The notes under the pieces are model-generated. The model made no database searches and was not told the origin of the DNA. It worked only from the letters and a program-made list of their open reading frames with translations. Both the position numbers and the translations under genes were made by a program. From a virus (lineage: Duplodnaviria > Caudoviricetes): 64,000 bases of DNA. Of the stretch, positions 39,937-51,761 are shown one piece after another. Location of the stretch: the IMG/VR virus record IMGVR_UViG_3300031857_000014, one strand, 5' to 3'. How positions within the stretch are numbered: position 1 is the first letter of the stretch; each line of letters opens with the position of its first letter.

Positions 39937-40634
39937 TGCCAAGAAAGAGAACCCAAAAAATTTATTTTGGGGAGGCTCAAGAAGAAGCGGTAATAAGATA
40001 TCTACAATCTGAATCCGAGAACGAAAAGAATAAGATATTCAATGAATATTTAAGAGAACCCCTTAAAATAATGGTGGAAAGTATTATCCGCCGTTATAAA
40101 TTATACAGAAAAGATTTTGAGTACGAAGATGTGCATACTGATACTATGTCATTTTTGATAACCAAAATCAATAAGTTTGACCATACAAAAAACCATAAAG
40201 CATACTCTTACTTTGGTACAATATGTAAGAATTATCTTATGGGGGCGATTCAGAAAGATACAAAAGAAACAAATAGAAGTGTTTCATACGATGACATCTC
40301 ATCAGATTTAGAAGATAGACCCGATTTATCATACACTATTGAAGAAGATGTTTTAGATTATCGAGATGTGATAATCAAATTAAGTATCGAACTTGAAGAT
40401 TTTATAGAAAAGAAAGATTTATCAGACAATGAAAAGAAATTAGGTTATGCACTATTAGAAATCTTTAACAATTTTGAAAAAATATTTCAAAATGGTGAAG
40501 GTAATAAATTCAATAAAAACCTAATACTACTCTCACTAAGAGAAATGACTTCTCTATCAACAAAAGAAATCAGAGTTTCACTTAAAAAATACAAAAAACT
40601 ATACGAGGGTATATTAGGTAGATTTTTAGATTAA
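39936..40634 (+). CDS. Phage sigma factor, T4 gp55-like (late)
   Basis: Region-2-like IIRRY...EDV..D...FLITKINKFDHTKNHKAYSYFGTICKNYL. Confidence 0.65.
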   Translation: MPRKRTQKIYFGEAQEEAVIRYLQSESENEKNKIFNEYLREPLKIMVESIIRRYKLYRKDFEYEDVHTDTMSFLITKINKFDHTKNHKAYSYFGTICKNYLMGAIQKDTKETNRSVSYDDISSDLEDRPDLSYTIEEDVLDYRDVIIKLSIELEDFIEKKDLSDNEKKLGYALLEIFNNFEKIFQNGEGNKFNKNLILLSLREMTSLSTKEIRVSLKKYKKLYEGILGRFLD

Positions 40635-40648
40635 ATCTATTTATAGAT

Positions 40649-41029
40649 ATGAAAGATAAAAGAAACATAATCTCCTTAGATGTGGATTCCGCATTGGCTT
40701 TAATGCAAGAAATCTATAATGACATTGTTGAACAAAAAAACACAGCGTCTTTAATTACTAAAAAAATGTTGACTTTTATGAAAGACGCTGAGGATATGAG
40801 TGTCATTGGTCCGGTCATTAAAGAACAACAAAAAATTCTTAACGATTGTACTGAGAAAAAGATATCATTAGTGAAATTACAAGGAGCATTACTCAAGCAA
40901 ACTAGCGGAGGAGGTAAAGGAGCACCTATGGGTAAATTAAGTTTGTCTGATGAAGATAGAGAATTACTTGATAAATTAGTTAATGACGGTAATGATAACC
41001 AAGGTAGGTCAGAAAATTATTCGTTATAA
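40649..41029 (+). CDS. Hypothetical coiled-coil protein
   Basis: 126-aa ORF with a late motif at 40638-40645. Confidence 0.65.
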   Translation: MKDKRNIISLDVDSALALMQEIYNDIVEQKNTASLITKKMLTFMKDAEDMSVIGPVIKEQQKILNDCTEKKISLVKLQGALLKQTSGGGKGAPMGKLSLSDEDRELLDKLVNDGNDNQGRSENYSL

Positions 41030-42933
41030 TGAGTAAAGTTAAGGATAAAAAGAAAAAAATTAAAGCCAAACTTGAGGCCATTAAAAAAATTAATGATGAC
41101 CCCAAAAAAGCTACGGATGATATATTTGACGCGTATTTGAAAGATTTACCAAGTACAGATAAACTATTTGGTAATAAACTCGACTCATTTTTAGAAAAAA
41201 GAAAAAGAAAAAAAGAAAACAAAAAAGATATTTTCAGCGAATTAATGGATATTGCTGAAGGGTTTTTAGGTTCAAATAATAGTAAAGTTGAAGGTTCGGA
41301 TAAATTATTTAGCAAAGGTAAAATTAAAAAATACGCAATTGATTCTTGTAGAATAACTTTAGAAAACGCCAAACCAATTATATTGGAAAGCGTTAAAAAA
41401 GTATTTTTTGAAGGTGAAGGTATTTGTGGTGCGAACAGTAGCATGCCAATTGACACTATCACAATAAAACCTAAGGAAATAGATTTTTTAAATATGTTGA
41501 CTTTGGACCCTTCAAGTAATAGTGGTAAAATAATGTACGAACCACAAAGTCCAAGTATTGGTAAACAAAAAGTCAATAGATCATTATACGATTCATTTAA
41601 TTCCGGTCCTTATCAATTTGACACGAACAATAATTTAACATTATTTACATCCACTTGGGATTCCGGAAGTCAACAATTTAATATAAGTGGATTAACTCAA
41701 GGTGGTTTAAACCCCGTTAAGGTTGAAGATTTTTTTAATGATTATTATTCCAATATAGAATTACCGGATATTACAGGAATCACAAAAACAGCCATGTTAA
41801 TGACAATACAAGGTGATGGTAGTGAAAGTGTTTTATTCAAAGATGGAATGAAAAATCTGAATAGATTATTACAAAAATTATTTGCATTGTGTAATTCAGA
41901 AACAAATAGAAACTCAGTAGCAAATCAAAACGCGGTTGACTTGTTTGACGAAAATGATGAAGTATTAGAGTTTTATTTTGATTTTAATGATGTTGAAGGT
42001 ATTGATTTAGATGATGAAGACGCGATAAGTAGAGGTGTGTTAAAATTTAGAGATTGTGATAATTTTGAAATACCTGTTAATACAGATAATATAGAAGATT
42101 TTGTATATCTATCCTCGACTAGTAATAATATAAACAATGTTGTTGATAATACATTAAGAAAAGCGGCAAAAGACGCCGCAGAACAATCTGATTTACCATT
42201 AATTAATTTGAATTTGTCATTATTAAACAATTTCATTTTACAATTACCAAAAGCACTAATAGGGAGTTTATTATCCCCAAAAATATTTTTACCGATAGTA
42301 ATAATATATAAATTATTTAAATCAGCATTAGCTCAACTTGACGTTAAAGAACTGATGAGAAAATTATCAAAGCTATTTGGGGTTATAGTAAAACAATTAT
42401 TTTGGAGATTTTTAAGAGAATTCTGGCAGTTTATTAAAAGAGATTTGATTAATTTTTTAAGAAAATTAGTTGCTAAAATATTGAAAAACAAATATAAAAG
42501 GTATGTGACAATCATAAAGTCACTTATTAATTTTTTAAGTAGACTTAGAACCATACCCAACTTTGATAACTGTTCAACATTATTTGAAGCAATAACCGCA
42601 GCAATCGAAGCGTCATTAGCAGGAACTAAGTCATTTAGTATACCAGGTATATTACTTGGGTTATCAGATACTGTATTACCCGGATATAGTCAGGATAGAG
42701 CACTATTAAACATAACAGAAAGATTAGAAAAGGCGGGAGTACCCATGGGACCAATATACGGTGATTCAAATGATTTAGTTAGTGTAATTAAAGGTATTAT
42801 TGATGGTCATACGGAAGAAATGGATACAAATGGTTTTGTTAAAGTTTCAAACAAAAAAATGACAATCCCCACACCTGTTGGACCAATTGTAATTCCACCG
42901 GGTTTATTAAATAGTTCAGGTAAAATACAATAA
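41029..42933 (+). CDS. Hypothetical, probably structural protein
   Basis: 634-aa ORF upstream of the baseplate-spike-like gene. Confidence 0.65.
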   Translation: MSKVKDKKKKIKAKLEAIKKINDDPKKATDDIFDAYLKDLPSTDKLFGNKLDSFLEKRKRKKENKKDIFSELMDIAEGFLGSNNSKVEGSDKLFSKGKIKKYAIDSCRITLENAKPIILESVKKVFFEGEGICGANSSMPIDTITIKPKEIDFLNMLTLDPSSNSGKIMYEPQSPSIGKQKVNRSLYDSFNSGPYQFDTNNNLTLFTSTWDSGSQQFNISGLTQGGLNPVKVEDFFNDYYSNIELPDITGITKTAMLMTIQGDGSESVLFKDGMKNLNRLLQKLFALCNSETNRNSVANQNAVDLFDENDEVLEFYFDFNDVEGIDLDDEDAISRGVLKFRDCDNFEIPVNTDNIEDFVYLSSTSNNINNVVDNTLRKAAKDAAEQSDLPLINLNLSLLNNFILQLPKALIGSLLSPKIFLPIVIIYKLFKSALAQLDVKELMRKLSKLFGVIVKQLFWRFLREFWQFIKRDLINFLRKLVAKILKNKYKRYVTIIKSLINFLSRLRTIPNFDNCSTLFEAITAAIEASLAGTKSFSIPGILLGLSDTVLPGYSQDRALLNITERLEKAGVPMGPIYGDSNDLVSVIKGIIDGHTEEMDTNGFVKVSNKKMTIPTPVGPIVIPPGLLNSSGKIQ

Positions 42934-42934
42934 G

Positions 42935-43135
42935 ATGGACAAAGAAAAAATTATAGAAATTGTAAGTGAAGTAGAAAATAAATCAAATAAAGATTTGACT
43001 AAAGTTGTTAATTTTTTACACGAAGAATTTTATAAAACTAAAAATTTAATAATTGATTTAACTCGTCATTTAGATACAGTTGAAGAAATGTATAATAAAG
43101 CGAATAACGAATTAGAAAAGAGAAATATTAAGTAA
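42935..43135 (+). CDS. Small coiled-coil hypothetical protein
   Basis: 66-aa ORF coupled to its neighbours. Confidence 0.6.
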   Translation: MDKEKIIEIVSEVENKSNKDLTKVVNFLHEEFYKTKNLIIDLTRHLDTVEEMYNKANNELEKRNIK

Positions 43136-44664
43136 TGAAAATAATTGATATTGGTGTTTGTGTCGATAACTTGGACCCCAAAGGAATAGGTAGAATTAGA
43201 TGTGTTAGATATTCTGATTATGTGGGCGAAAAAGAAAAGGCGGTGACATATGAAAAATGGGACGATAAAGATATGTTTATTGCTATTCCATTTTTACCAC
43301 CAAATATTAATTTTATTCCTGAAATTGGTCAAGCGGTAAAAATTATAAATTACAATTCAGACAAAGACCATGTAAACCAAGAGTACATTGCTGGTCCTTT
43401 TACAACAATGTTTGATTTTAATTCTCAAACATTCTCACAACAAGTTGAAAACACGTCATATGGTGTTCAATTTAAAAACACACCTGACATTTACAATAAA
43501 GAAACAGGAAAATTTATAGAGGATAAATCTGAAGGTGTCTTTGCAAAAGAAAAAGATTTTGCAATTTATGGTAAATCCGGTTCAGACATTGTGTTCACCG
43601 AAAATGGATTACAATTAAGAGGTGGTAAATTATTATCAAAACAAGCTGCAAGTGGAACTAACAGAAAAAAAATGTTAGTCTACCCACTAATGACGCAAAA
43701 ATCAAGTTCCATTTATTTAAAAAAGTTTCCAAAAAAATTAGTTAAAACACAGAAGTTAACAAAGAAAGAAATTATTGAAGTACAACCACTAAAATATGTT
43801 ATCGAATTTGAAATAGATTCTTTATCCTCACCAAGTAACATTAATTTTTTTGTATACAAAGTTGTAAAGTCAATAGGTAAAACATACCAATCTGATTTCT
43901 TCAATGAAAATACACCATTATCTTACGCAAATATTAAATTAATCAATACTGACGGTACCTCATCTACACCAACTTTTACAGTACCAATAACTGATATCAA
44001 TCAAGTCACAACCCAAATAAGAACAATTATATTTTCATTGCACGAAGATTATCTAATAGAAACTATTAGGAAACAAAATATAACTAATTTAGATTATACA
44101 AGTTATCCAAATGAAGACATTCACCCTTTCTATTTTAGACCCACACAACAGATGAAAAATTATATCCCCACAAACACTACACAAGAAGAAATTAAGGATA
44201 AAATTTTCAATTTTAAATTGGTTACGGGTATTGGTCCCGGTTCAGGATTGGTGTGGCAGAGTACTCAAATGAAAAATAAACCTAAACTTATTGATGTTAT
44301 TGTTGATGAATTAAAAGAACAATTTGACTCACCAGAACAAACTTTTGCGACGGTAAAATCAGATAAAATATATTTTCTATCCACCGATACTAATGATATT
44401 CAAAGAATAAAATTTGAAGAATTTGATAAGTATGAATTAACTCAAGACGACTATGTTCAAAAAATCGAAGATTTTACATTCGCGTCAGTTAGAGGTGAAA
44501 AATTAGTGGAGTTTTTAGAAGCGTTATATAATGCATTTTTAGGTCATAAACATAATATTAATAAAGTATACACAACAAACGGTTTTGACGAACATCAAGT
44601 TTTAAAACAAAAATTCGAAACACTAAAAAATGATATCCTTAATAATTCAATTAGAATCAACTAA
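43135..44664 (+). CDS. Baseplate central spike (gp5/VgrG-like N-terminal OB fold)
   Basis: GVCVDNLDPKGIGRIRC...PFLP...FIPEIGQAVKI; C-term RGEKL..FL......HKH. Confidence 0.65.
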   Translation: MKIIDIGVCVDNLDPKGIGRIRCVRYSDYVGEKEKAVTYEKWDDKDMFIAIPFLPPNINFIPEIGQAVKIINYNSDKDHVNQEYIAGPFTTMFDFNSQTFSQQVENTSYGVQFKNTPDIYNKETGKFIEDKSEGVFAKEKDFAIYGKSGSDIVFTENGLQLRGGKLLSKQAASGTNRKKMLVYPLMTQKSSSIYLKKFPKKLVKTQKLTKKEIIEVQPLKYVIEFEIDSLSSPSNINFFVYKVVKSIGKTYQSDFFNENTPLSYANIKLINTDGTSSTPTFTVPITDINQVTTQIRTIIFSLHEDYLIETIRKQNITNLDYTSYPNEDIHPFYFRPTQQMKNYIPTNTTQEEIKDKIFNFKLVTGIGPGSGLVWQSTQMKNKPKLIDVIVDELKEQFDSPEQTFATVKSDKIYFLSTDTNDIQRIKFEEFDKYELTQDDYVQKIEDFTFASVRGEKLVEFLEALYNAFLGHKHNINKVYTTNGFDEHQVLKQKFETLKNDILNNSIRIN

Positions 44665-44686
44665 TTGATATTTATTAAATAAAAAG

Positions 44687-46060
44687 ATGTCATATTACCG
44701 TTCATATTTCGAGAAGAATAATACTATAATTAAGAATTCTCACGCAAATAGTGCTAAAAACCCAAATACCGAAATTTACTATGGTTCAGGTTTTTCAAAA
44801 TTCATCTTCAAGGTAGATTTTACCGATTTAATCCAAAAATTAGATAATGGTGATTTAGTTGTGGATAATAACACAAGCCATTATCTCAACATGAAAAACA
44901 CCATATTTGGTGATGAGGCTCTTATGGGTATTCTCAAAAATAACGATAAGAGAAGAGCAACTTCATTTGACTTAATTTTATTTGAATTAGACCAAGATTG
45001 GGATGAAGGTGTTGGATTCGATTATGAAAGAAATGAGTACGATTTCAATTTAATGAATAAAATTTATGATGAAAGACCATCAAACTGGTTTAGTGCAACA
45101 ACATTAAATGCGTGGACGACTTCAGGTATATATTCAGGAACACCGATAATAATTGATACAATACATTTTGATAACGGAAACGAAGATTTAAAGGTTGATA
45201 TTACTGAATATGTAAATGGTATCATTGTTGATGGAAACACGAATTACGGACTTGGATTAGCGTTTGATATTCCTTATGAAACTGTTGTCGACTCCGTGTA
45301 TCAATCCGTGGCGTTTTTTACAAAATACACTCAAACCTTTTTTGAACCTTACGTCGAATCTTTCTTCGAAGATAGAATAAACGACAACAGACACAATTTT
45401 GTTGGTAATGTATACCAAAACCTCTACTTATACGTAACTAAAGGTGGTAATTACTACGATTTAGATATAGAACCTACAGTTGATATACTTGATCACACAA
45501 ACTCCATAATTCCGGGTTTAAATGACCTTACAACCACTAAAGTTAGAAAAGGTGTATACGTGGTTAATTTTGGTATAGATGGTACTTTATGTGACGGTAG
45601 AAGGTTCTTTTTTGATAAATGGAAGGGTATTGAAATAGATGGTGTATCATTAGCAGATGTAAAACAAAAATTTGTTCCCAAATTATTTAATACACAATAT
45701 ACAATAGGTGAAAATCCAACTGAATATCAAAGGTATATTGTTCAATATTATGGAATAAAATTGAATGAGAAAATAAAGAGAGGTGAACTCAGAAAAGTAG
45801 TTGTTAATTTGAAATCTATTGATGTTCAGAACATTGTTTTATTTGACCAAGTATATTATAGAATGTACATAAAAGAAGGTCGTACTGAGGTTAATATTCA
45901 CGATTGGACCCTATTAGATGTGACTAATGAGAACTCTTTTGTTTTAGACACGTCCTATATGATTCCAAGAGAATATTTTATCGAAATAAAAGCAAAAACT
46001 CACACAGAGGAAATTTTCCATAATGATATATTAAAATTTGAGATTGTATCAGAAAAGTAA
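44687..46060 (+). CDS. Virion structural protein
   Basis: 457 aa, beta-rich, late motif upstream. Confidence 0.55.
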   Translation: MSYYRSYFEKNNTIIKNSHANSAKNPNTEIYYGSGFSKFIFKVDFTDLIQKLDNGDLVVDNNTSHYLNMKNTIFGDEALMGILKNNDKRRATSFDLILFELDQDWDEGVGFDYERNEYDFNLMNKIYDERPSNWFSATTLNAWTTSGIYSGTPIIIDTIHFDNGNEDLKVDITEYVNGIIVDGNTNYGLGLAFDIPYETVVDSVYQSVAFFTKYTQTFFEPYVESFFEDRINDNRHNFVGNVYQNLYLYVTKGGNYYDLDIEPTVDILDHTNSIIPGLNDLTTTKVRKGVYVVNFGIDGTLCDGRRFFFDKWKGIEIDGVSLADVKQKFVPKLFNTQYTIGENPTEYQRYIVQYYGIKLNEKIKRGELRKVVVNLKSIDVQNIVLFDQVYYRMYIKEGRTEVNIHDWTLLDVTNENSFVLDTSYMIPREYFIEIKAKTHTEEIFHNDILKFEIVSEK

Positions 46061-46073
46061 AATATTTATAGAT

Positions 46074-46550
46074 ATGAAAAATATAGAAGAAATTATTAAA
46101 AGACAATTAAGAAGTCTAACAGAAAATGAAGGTATGGAAAACTACATGTTTTTCAGTAATCTAGAACAAATTAAGAGACAATGTGAAATGTTACTTAAAA
46201 TGGACCCGAAGATGTTGGATTCTATTATTCAGGATGGTCACGATTGGGCTGATGACCATGTATCTGAAGCAAAGAATAACATGGATCAAGTATTCGATTT
46301 CTTTATGAACAAAACTAAAGAAATGGAAAAAGGTATAACTGACGTTAAATCAGATTTGAGTCAATTTAGTTTAAATGAAGAAGAACAAATTGATGAAAGT
46401 AAAAACAAACCAACAAATCCTAAACTATGGGCGAGAGCAAAATCTATGGCTAAATCCAAATTTAAGGTCTACCCTTCAGCTTATGCAAACGGATGGGCTG
46501 CTAAATGGTATAAAAAACATGGTGGTGGATGGAGAAAGTCAAAAAAGTAA
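46074..46550 (+). CDS. Hypothetical head-associated protein with basic C-terminal module
   Basis: Likely start at ATG 46074 (MKNIEEIIK). C-term NKPTNPKLWARAKSMAKSKFKVYPSAYANGWAAKWYKKHGGGWRK. Confidence 0.65.
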   Translation: MKNIEEIIKRQLRSLTENEGMENYMFFSNLEQIKRQCEMLLKMDPKMLDSIIQDGHDWADDHVSEAKNNMDQVFDFFMNKTKEMEKGITDVKSDLSQFSLNEEEQIDESKNKPTNPKLWARAKSMAKSKFKVYPSAYANGWAAKWYKKHGGGWRKSKK

Positions 46551-46553
46551 AAT

Positions 46554-47285
46554 ATGAAAATAAGATTAAGTGAAGAGGATTTAAAATACGTTCAAGAATC
46601 CATTCAAACCGGTGAAGTTTTACAAGAAGATTTAAGAAGATGGTTTAAAGAAAAATGGGTTGATGTTAGTAGAAAAGTTGATGGTAAACATCCTCCTTGT
46701 GGTAGAAAGAAAGCAACAGATAAAGGATACCCTAAATGTAGACCTAAAAAGAAAATATCCAAAGAAACACCTAAAACCGCTGGTTCGTATTCCGCAAAAG
46801 AAAAGAAAGCAATGACAACACAAAAGAGAAAAGCGGAGAAAACACATAATAAATCAGGAACAGGAAATAAACCAAAAATGACACATTATAACGAAGAAAG
46901 AATATCAAAACTAACTGATTTAGTTTTAGAAGAAATAAACAGTTTAAAACACACTAGTATTCTATATGAAGATGAATTCGGTTCTGTTGAAGAAACTGAA
47001 TTTATTGCAGACGATTTATTGAATGAAGCGGAATATCAAGGACGTAAAGTTCAGTTAGGTAAAATCATGCAAGGAGACATTAAGAAATTCAAAGTTTATG
47101 TTAAAAATGATAAAGGAAAAGTAGTTAAAGTAAACTTTGGGTTTGGTGGTAAATCCGCAAAAGGAAAAAGAATGGTTATTAAAAAGAATAACCCACAAAG
47201 AAGAAAATCATTTAGAGCAAGACACAATTGTGATAATCCGGGACCTCGTTGGAAACCGAGATATTGGGCATGTAGAACATGGTAA
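46554..47285 (+). CDS. Hypothetical protein with two basic Trp/Cys modules
   Basis: LRRWFKEKWVD...PCGR...YPKCRP and KKFKVYVKN...VNFG...RRKSFRARHNCD...YWACRTW. Confidence 0.7.
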   Translation: MKIRLSEEDLKYVQESIQTGEVLQEDLRRWFKEKWVDVSRKVDGKHPPCGRKKATDKGYPKCRPKKKISKETPKTAGSYSAKEKKAMTTQKRKAEKTHNKSGTGNKPKMTHYNEERISKLTDLVLEEINSLKHTSILYEDEFGSVEETEFIADDLLNEAEYQGRKVQLGKIMQGDIKKFKVYVKNDKGKVVKVNFGFGGKSAKGKRMVIKKNNPQRRKSFRARHNCDNPGPRWKPRYWACRTW

Positions 47286-47319
47286 AATTATAGGCACACC
47301 TCGCACGCCACCCAGACAA

Positions 47320-47343
47320 AAACCCACCGTAATTGGTGGGTTT
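47320..47343. terminator. Bidirectional terminator between convergent genes
   Basis: AAACCCACC-N6-GGTGGGTTT with A/T-rich flanks. Confidence 0.75.
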
Positions 47344-47348
47344 GTTGT

Positions 47349-47675
47349 TTATAGTAATTTTTGATTTGACCAGTACTGTAATCTATTATCACAATACCTA
47401 TTTAATTTATACGCGTCCTTTTTCTCAATCAACTTAGAGATATCTGACATGTGTTTTTTATTATTAAAATCTATACCAATAATATATCCACCTTCACTTT
47501 TTTCATGTGTTGTTTCCCTTATATATTTCCCTTGGTCGTCTAAAAGTAAAAGTTCAATTATACCTTTTTTGGTGTCAGTGTCCTTTTTATAAACTTTGAA
47601 TGGTATTGAACGTATTTCAATCATTTGCTGAAGGACATCCAATCTTAACTTTTCGTAATCTGTAGTTTCATTCAT
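47349..47675 (-). CDS. Hypothetical protein
   Basis: 108-aa ORF. Confidence 0.55.
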   Translation of the reverse strand: MNETTDYEKLRLDVLQQMIEIRSIPFKVYKKDTDTKKGIIELLLLDDQGKYIRETTHEKSEGGYIIGIDFNNKKHMSDISKLIEKKDAYKLNRYCDNRLQYWSNQKLL

Positions 47676-47711
47676 TATACAAAAATAGTAAAATGTTTTG
47701 AAATAACAAAA

Positions 47712-47861
47712 TTAATTTACTTTACATAACCAATATCTAACACCGTTAATTTTTACATATGTAGTGTTTGAAGACGGTTTTTCACAATATGTTTCTTTAG
47801 TACCGTTTTCAAATGTTAGTACAAAACCGGTCCTATTTAAATTCCATTTAATTGTATTCAT
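47712..47861 (-). CDS. Small hypothetical protein
   Basis: Not in track. MNTIKWNLNRTGFVLTFENGTKETYCEKPSSNTTYVKINGVRYWLCKVN (49 aa) fills the gap. Confidence 0.5.
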   Translation of the reverse strand: MNTIKWNLNRTGFVLTFENGTKETYCEKPSSNTTYVKINGVRYWLCKVN

Positions 47862-47908
47862 AAATTATATTTTAATTAATATAGATTTTAAAGGACAATA
47901 AGTAAATA

Positions 47909-47936
47909 AAAAACCCCCGATTTCTCGAGGGTTTTT
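47909..47936 (-). terminator. Terminator after major capsid gene
   Basis: Minus strand AAAAACCCUCGA-GAAA-UCGGGGGUUUUU. Confidence 0.85.
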
Positions 47937-47955
47937 ATATAGATAGTCGTAAAGA

Positions 47956-49704
47956 TTATCTTAAAGTGTTCAAATCAAATGTTTGAAGACCTCTCACATC
48001 GATAGTTGCGAAGTAACGGTTGTTAACCATTTTCTTTGCGTATCTTGTCATGATACCTTTAATCGGTGTCATGTTGAAAGGATTATACATTGTTGGAGTC
48101 AACTGTAATGGTACGTATGGTGCGTAAATGTAACCAGCGTCTAACAATGACTTACCTTTGTGTCCAATCAAGATTTTTCCTGCTGGGAAGTAAGGGTCAC
48201 GATATACTTGGTAACGACCTGCTAATGTACCAACTTTCTCAATACCCATGTTGTACTGATCTTGCTCAGGAGCAGCGTTTGATACGTGGAAATATTCCAA
48301 ATCATCGAATACTGCAGAAACTTCTGAAGAAACAACGATCCAGTTAGCACCACCTCTCAAAGTAGTTTTGTGGATTTGAGCAGACAATTGGTTAATTTTG
48401 GTTAACAATGTTTGGTTCCAATCTTTTTGAGTGTAACCCTGAAGAGTAGCACCTGCATTACCACCATATTTCCATTCGTTGTAATCCCACTTCAATGACC
48501 ATGCTGCACCTTTTCTAAGGTCACGTAAAATTTCACGGTCAACCTCAGCAGCGATTTGCTCAGATAACAACGCTGTTAACTCAGCTTCTGCATCGATGTT
48601 GTGGAACGCACTAACGTCTTGTGCTAATTCAGGAGACCAGCTAGCTCTCAATTTTCTTTCAGTTACAGAAACTGTTACTGACTCAAGATCGAAAGAAACT
48701 TCACCGATTTCATCTTCAAATTCCAAAGTAGCATATCTACGATAAGTAAAGATAAAGTCAGTACCATCTAAAGCACCACCTGCTACTGTGTAATTAGAGA
48801 AACCTGCAGTTGACGAATAAGTTTGTAAATCAACTTGGATGAATATAGTACCATTCTCATCGCAAATATCTTGATAACCAAGACCATTAGCAGAATCAAA
48901 TGCTTTAACACCGTAATTAACAATTCCTTTACCATATTTCTGTGTAACGATATTGAATGGTAAATTTCCTGTTGATATACCTGAAATACTAACCGCGTTA
49001 GTCACAACAGATAATGAAGCCAAGAATTCTTCTGTATCCATTTCGTTACCGTCTGGACCAGCTAATTTACCTTGACCTGGTCTAGAGAAACCACTAAGTG
49101 CAACAACTACACTTGATAAAGATGTATTAATTGGATAAGTTACACCATAAGTAACAGCTCCGTTAGAGAAAGTAACAAGACTATTACCTGTTAAACTAAC
49201 TGTAGTGAAACCTCCTTTAGAGTAATCATACAATCCTGAAGTTGCGTCATCGTTTGACTCATAGAAACGATCATAAAGGTTAATACCTGTGTATCCAGTA
49301 GATGCACTTGTACCACCTCCACCACCTGGAATACCATATGGTTGATAGTGACCATTTCCGCCAGTTCTATCTTGAATTTTTGGTACGAAATAGAATAATT
49401 TACCGATTGGTAAGTTCATAGCTTGTACAGACACGATGTCGTTAGCTAATAATTTAGAGAACACACGTCTGATGATAGGAAATACCACAGTCTCAAATGA
49501 ACCTGAAGCATCAGATACTGCTGCTTCGTTTATCAAATAAGACGCTTGGTTTTCATACAACTGCGCGATGTTATCTTTCATGTGACCGTCAAGACCCTCA
49601 AGGAATCCGAGGTCATCCCATTTTCTGATGGTATCTTCTTTGATAACACGAAGGTGCTTAAGACCGATGTTACCAACCATACCTGATTCTAATAATGCTC
49701 CCAT
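47956..49704 (-). CDS. gp23: Major capsid protein (T4 gp23-like)
   Basis: PIIRRVF..L.ANDIVSVQAM..P.G..FY; RKLRASWSPELAQD; YAPYVPL; GIMTRY. Confidence 0.97.
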   Translation of the reverse strand: MGALLESGMVGNIGLKHLRVIKEDTIRKWDDLGFLEGLDGHMKDNIAQLYENQASYLINEAAVSDASGSFETVVFPIIRRVFSKLLANDIVSVQAMNLPIGKLFYFVPKIQDRTGGNGHYQPYGIPGGGGGTSASTGYTGINLYDRFYESNDDATSGLYDYSKGGFTTVSLTGNSLVTFSNGAVTYGVTYPINTSLSSVVVALSGFSRPGQGKLAGPDGNEMDTEEFLASLSVVTNAVSISGISTGNLPFNIVTQKYGKGIVNYGVKAFDSANGLGYQDICDENGTIFIQVDLQTYSSTAGFSNYTVAGGALDGTDFIFTYRRYATLEFEDEIGEVSFDLESVTVSVTERKLRASWSPELAQDVSAFHNIDAEAELTALLSEQIAAEVDREILRDLRKGAAWSLKWDYNEWKYGGNAGATLQGYTQKDWNQTLLTKINQLSAQIHKTTLRGGANWIVVSSEVSAVFDDLEYFHVSNAAPEQDQYNMGIEKVGTLAGRYQVYRDPYFPAGKILIGHKGKSLLDAGYIYAPYVPLQLTPTMYNPFNMTPIKGIMTRYAKKMVNNRYFATIDVRGLQTFDLNTLR

Positions 49705-49732
49705 TTTTAAATTGGTTTTATTTTTTTATTAT

Positions 49733-50950
<1,218 letters not shown>

Positions 50951-51038
50951 TTTTCTTTATTTAGTTTTATTATTCTATAAATACTATGAATTTTATAAAA
51001 AATTCAGTTTTATTATATGTTTATCGGGAAAAAATTGA

Positions 51039-51725
51039 TTATTTTGATAAGAAGTTATCAAGTCGACCCATTAGACTTTTCATTTTGTCAGTATCGACCT
51101 TTGGTTCTTCTATAGACTCTTGATACTGTTCTCTCTCTGATGGGTCACTAAATACATATGCACCAGGAGTAGACGGAGACGACACTAAATCAAAACAGAC
51201 CAATTCAAAATCTTCTTGTACAACGTTTTGACCTTTTATATTTTTTAAAGAACCAACTCCTCTAGATGAAATACCTAAAGTCGCACCATTCATTATTAAC
51301 ATTGCTGCTTGGTCACCTTTAGTACTGACTATTCCCATTTTTTTCCAACCGGGAGAAGTAAACAATTTGATTTTACCCATTAACATTTTACCATCCCACC
51401 ATGTTTCTAAAATTGAGTGAGAAACTCTGTCTAAGTCAATAAGAGAAGATGATGGGTGATTTAATTCATTTAATGCCCCACCTTTTTTTATAATTGTTTG
51501 ATATTTTTCGTTTTCTCTTTTTAAAATGGTTTCAGGATAAATTCTACCATTTTTGTTTGGTGTGTCGTATTTCTGTAAAACAGCATAAAGGATAAGGTCT
51601 TTTGAAAAGTCCATATCCTTCATTTCTGAAATTATTCCTTTATTATCTTCTGCGGAAACGTATCCTGCATCGTATTCGATGAGGTAACCTTTTACACCAA
51701 TATCATTGGGACCTAATATCTTCAT
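51039..51725 (-). CDS. gp21: Prohead protease (T4 gp21-like)
   Basis: NKNGRIYP, GALNELNHP, LDRVSH, GISSRGVGS, FDLVSSPSTPGA. Confidence 0.95.
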   Translation of the reverse strand: MKILGPNDIGVKGYLIEYDAGYVSAEDNKGIISEMKDMDFSKDLILYAVLQKYDTPNKNGRIYPETILKRENEKYQTIIKKGGALNELNHPSSSLIDLDRVSHSILETWWDGKMLMGKIKLFTSPGWKKMGIVSTKGDQAAMLIMNGATLGISSRGVGSLKNIKGQNVVQEDFELVCFDLVSSPSTPGAYVFSDPSEREQYQESIEEPKVDTDKMKSLMGRLDNFLSK

Positions 51726-51761
51726 TTATAGCTATTAATACTATAAATACTTAGATATTTA

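Noticed and set aside
40980-41576. 198-aa minus-strand ORF
   Set aside because: It is antisense to a Lys-rich coding region, and its Phe/Leu/Ser bias is typical of a shadow ORF.
47137-47364. 75-aa + strand ORF
   Set aside because: It overlaps a real gene out of frame and runs through the terminator hairpin.
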